A stretch of 64,000 nt of DNA from assembly GCA_001179505.1 (NCBI GenBank), contig CDMY01000234.1, positions 1 to 64,000 on the forward strand, given 5' to 3'. A program made the position numbers and the translations under genes. This stretch comes from Vitrella brassicaformis CCMP3155. Taxonomy: Eukaryota; Protista; Chromerida. The notes below the pieces were generated by a model, which made no database searches, was not told the origin of the DNA, and saw only the letters and a program-made list of their open reading frames with translations. This document shows, in pieces, positions 60,673 through 64,000 of this stretch (the stretch's first letter is position 1; every line of letters starts with the position of its first letter).

Positions 60673-62437
60673 CTAGTCGTTTACCACCACTCTGCCGTCT
60701 CGGAAGCTGTTGTACTTGTCGTTTCTGTCGTAGGGCCGGCTCTTACTGCAAACAATCATATGCGTGTATATGAAGTGGAGAGGAAAGTCATAACTTACTT
60801 GGGAAAGTAGGTGTTGGGAGGGGGGAGTCCTTCTGTGTGCCCTGGGGGCATCCTGTCCCGTGTGGCCTGCACACGTGAGACAAAGCGATCTGTCCATCGT
60901 CAAGGATAAATGTCTCTGAAGTCTCCTGCCCACCACATATCCGTCCCTCTTGTGGGGCGGCACGTAGTCGCGCTCCAAGCTGCGCCTAGAATCCTGGCGC
61001 ACCTGCACACCACACACTCACCCACACACACACTGAGAGAGATACACACGGACGGGTGCAATATATATAATGCGACCACATGCTCGCGCGCGTGTGTGTG
61101 TCCCACCTGCCGCTCGTACTGCTGCCGTGACGCTGCCAGTTCGTCACGCTCGCGCCTCATGTTGTCCATCTCCTGACGCAACTGAACCAACACACAGACA
61201 CACGTACACACAGACACATGAACATAACAATGGAATGGCATGATGCGCGTCGCGTCAGAGGGCATTCCATCCATCCAACTCACCCGGTTGACTTGTTCCT
61301 CGTTGGACTCGTTGGATGCCGTGACGTTGCACCATCGGGTGGCACACATGCACCCCAACAAAGCCAGGGTGGCGGACGGCACTGCCCGTTGCCCTCCGTG
61401 CTGGCCCTGGTCGCTGCCATAGTGTCTCTGTGGGCTGAGGCTCTCAGGCCCTTGGCCGATGAGTGCATCGATGGCCTTGTCGATGGCGGCCTCCTTGCGA
61501 TGCCATCGTCGACATTCCATCCAACTCACCCGGTTCACTTGTTCCTCGTTGGATGTCGTGGCGTTGGCCAGCTCCCCCCGAACTCTCAACAGCTCAGCCT
61601 GGTACTGCTCACACACAGACATACACACGGCTGGCTGTTTTGCACACGTGAATGTATGGGGTGGTCTCTCTCTCTCTCTGTCCGTTGGTCTCTTGTGCGG
61701 TTTTGGCGTCCTCGCGGCAATCGGCCAACTCGCGCTCAGCCTGACCACTACACATACACACATCCACACATCAATAACATCAATGCCCCCTCTCTCCCTC
61801 CCCTCCCCTCCCCTCCCCTCCCTGCCCCCATCCCTCCCTCCCTCCCTCCCTCCCCGCGTGTCGTGTGTATGTGTTTGTGAGGCCACCCACCTGGCGCCTG
61901 AGGGCTTCCTGTCGTTCGACGGCCTTCTCAACGTCAGCTCGCACCTGCACACCACGCACACAAAGATACACACGGACGGGTGCAATATATATAATGCGAC
62001 CACATGCTCGCGCGCGTGTGTGTCCCACCTGCCGCTCGTACTGCTGCCGTGACGCTGCCAGTCCGTCACGCTCGCGCCTCATGTTGTCCATCTCCTGACG
62101 CAACTGAACCAACACACAGACACATAAACATAACAATGGAATGGCATGATGTGCGTCGCGTCAGAGGGCATTCCATCCATCCAGCTCACCCGGTTGACTT
62201 GTTCCTCGTTGGACTCGTTGGAGGTCGTCACGTTCGCCAGCTCCTTTCGAACTCTCAACAGCTCGGCTTGGTACTGCTCACACACATACACACACACACG
62301 CATTGTGCCCCATATCCTGGCTTGTGTGGTGGCAACTTACACTCCGTATCGCATGGTGTCCATTCTAGCTATGACGATAGGCAGCACATGAAGGCAGGTC
62401 TTTGTGGTTCGTGTGGTGAAACTCACGGTGGCGTACC
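60673..62437 (-). CDS. Hypothetical coiled-coil protein built from duplicated exons (5' end uncertain, may extend to about 62640-62790)
   Basis: Phase-0 exons QYQAELLRVR(K/G)ELAN.TTSNE(SNE)EQVNR and LRQEMDNMRRERD(G/E)LAASRQQYERQ each recur. The final exons join as ...HKRDGY-ATRDRMPPG...YFP-NKSRPYDRNDKYNSFRDGRVVVND*. Confidence 0.7.
61000..62235. repeat. Duplicated exon+intron block (~61000-61330 vs ~61940-62235), plus a partial third copy near 61505-61615
   Basis: Near-identical sequence including intron text (agatacacacggacgggtgcaatatatataatgcgaccacatgctcgcgcgcg...). Confidence 0.93.
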
Positions 62438-63428
62438 TTCAGCCCATTCGTCCTCATCGTCATCTTGAGAACCGCCACCAAACCAACAGCAGCCATCCCT
62501 GAATGGCAGGAGAGGACAACCGCGCACGTAGGCTGGGCTTGATCTCTCCCAGGTGCCTCCTGTGGCCCCCCTGTCAGCGTGTGACTTACGATGGTGGTCG
62601 CTGCTCCCTTGGCCGCCCCATGGGCTCCTCAACAACGCAAGTACCTGCCAAAACACGCAGGCGGGACGACATTCCAACGCGATATGCACTGTGCCGTTCA
62701 GAGTGGCACATTCACCCCCCATCAGGGCGAGACCAAAGGGCAGAGGGAAACCAGAAAAAGAGGCAATGGCGGAGTGCGTGGAAATCATTTGAGAAAATAA
62801 AAAGAAAAGACAGCCGTCTCCGTCTCCAGCTCCGGCGAGAAGGTCGCGAAGCTTAGGTAAATTTTGCGTGTCGTGAAAGCGTCTTGCCCAACAGCGAGAG
62901 TGACGAAACATCGCACACCGATTTCCGGAGCCACATCGAAGCCCAATGTCTCGATCAACACAATTGTGCGTACAGTTTGTTGGCTCACACAGGGGCACAG
63001 CTGGGCACTACAACGTTAACGTGTGAATGCAGAGGGAAGCTGAGTGGTTGGATGCAACCTGTGAAGGGAGGATGATGATAATTTGATGTACAGTCGGTTT
63101 TCGGGGTCCACAGACAGAGAGCCATAGGGTGGGAGTGACGGCGTGAAAGAGGGAGCGGGGGTCCCCGACTTACCGACCGAAAAACGACCCACCCATGGAT
63201 GGCAGCCATTGCATTCGTAGACAAATGTATAGAGACAGACAGACAGACAGACAGTCGCTCATCTCTCCCTCGACATACATATGCGATAGATACACAGATA
63301 GATTGATGGGTGGATAGCACCAGAGGTGTGTGTTTCTATCTGGCGAGCGGAAAAAAGAGTGATGGACACGGCTGGACTGACTTGGTGGCCGTTGAGCGGT
63401 CAGTTGCTTTGTCTGGTATTGTCCATGA

Positions 63429-63483
63429 GCTGATGATATCTATCGGATACTCGGTGGGAGAAAATCCGATAGATATCATCAGC
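63429..63483. repeat. Perfect 20-bp inverted repeat with a 15-nt spacer
   Basis: gctgatgatatctatcggat (63429-63448) is the exact reverse complement of atccgatagatatcatcagc (63464-63483). Confidence 0.97.
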
Positions 63484-64000
63484 CCACCTGCAGGACCAAA
63501 CAAGGCAGCGCCCGCCGCCAGCATACTCACTCCGTCATAGATGCTTCCATGGTTCGTGCGATACGAAGCCAGACATACAGACAGACAGACAGACAGACAC
63601 CCGCTCTCAAATATACAACACACACCCCACTCGTCCTTATCTTTTGTCTGTCTGCAGCTTGACGCACGTGAGCATGAAGGTATGTAAGATAAAGACAATG
63701 AAGGGATAGACAGCGGACAGACAAACAGGGAAAAACTCAGTCAATGCACCCACTGCAGCCCCCATCCATTCTCACGTCTGACACTCAGACGTCCAGCAGA
63801 CACGTGTCGTCGCCCCGCCGGCCATTGGGCGACCCGCCATCACTTCCACCACTCGCCATGAGAGAGGCGAATGGCGGCCGCCCGCCCCTCCACCCCACTG
63901 TCTCATTAATACTGTTCTCGTCACCGCCAGCCATCTCCACGTCGATGCTGCTGCGCGTCGATTGCGTCGAGAAGGAACCGGCCCACTTGTCGTCAGAGGA

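Noticed and set aside
63310-63698. Overlapping ORFs on both strands containing MISIG...PIDIIS
   Set aside because: The mirrored peptide is simply a consequence of the 20-bp inverted repeat. There is no splice or homology support for a CDS.
1-64000. CRISPR arrays, rRNA, tRNA or autonomous mobile elements
   Set aside because: No regularly spaced repeat-spacer array, structural-RNA signature or transposase/RT ORF was seen.

Overview
Intron-rich, GC-rich eukaryotic genomic DNA. The gene content (oocyst-wall-like protein, OHA/LOTUS protein, bipartite plastid-type leader, expanded BTB-like/TLDc family) and the microsatellite-laden introns point to a chromerid alveolate such as Vitrella (inference, not verified). 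About 21 protein-coding genes were reconstructed by hand from splice signals. Confident calls are DNA topoisomerase II (6512-16545, minus), an opine/tauropine-type dehydrogenase, the GPI transamidase subunit PIG-T/Gpi16, a bacterial-type HPRT, an OHA+LOTUS protein, four TLDc genes and an oocyst-wall-like Cys-repeat protein. A roughly 10.6 kb gene encodes a giant repeat-built surface protein. There are three 300-nt assembly gaps. No rRNA, tRNA, CRISPR array or recognisable transposase was found. Most notable observations: (1) introns polarised as 5'-(CA)n...(TG)n-3', which could base-pair to bridge splice sites; (2) 15 consecutive genes on strictly alternating strands, in tight head-to-head pairs; (3) a reciprocal -2/+2 frameshift pair that swaps one Cys module in the wall protein; (4) an 87-aa five-exon microprotein absent from the ORF track; (5) an inverted TLDc gene pair bracketed by direct repeats; (6) a signal-peptide-bearing double-TLDc protein. 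All exon models are manual and need RNA-seq confirmation.
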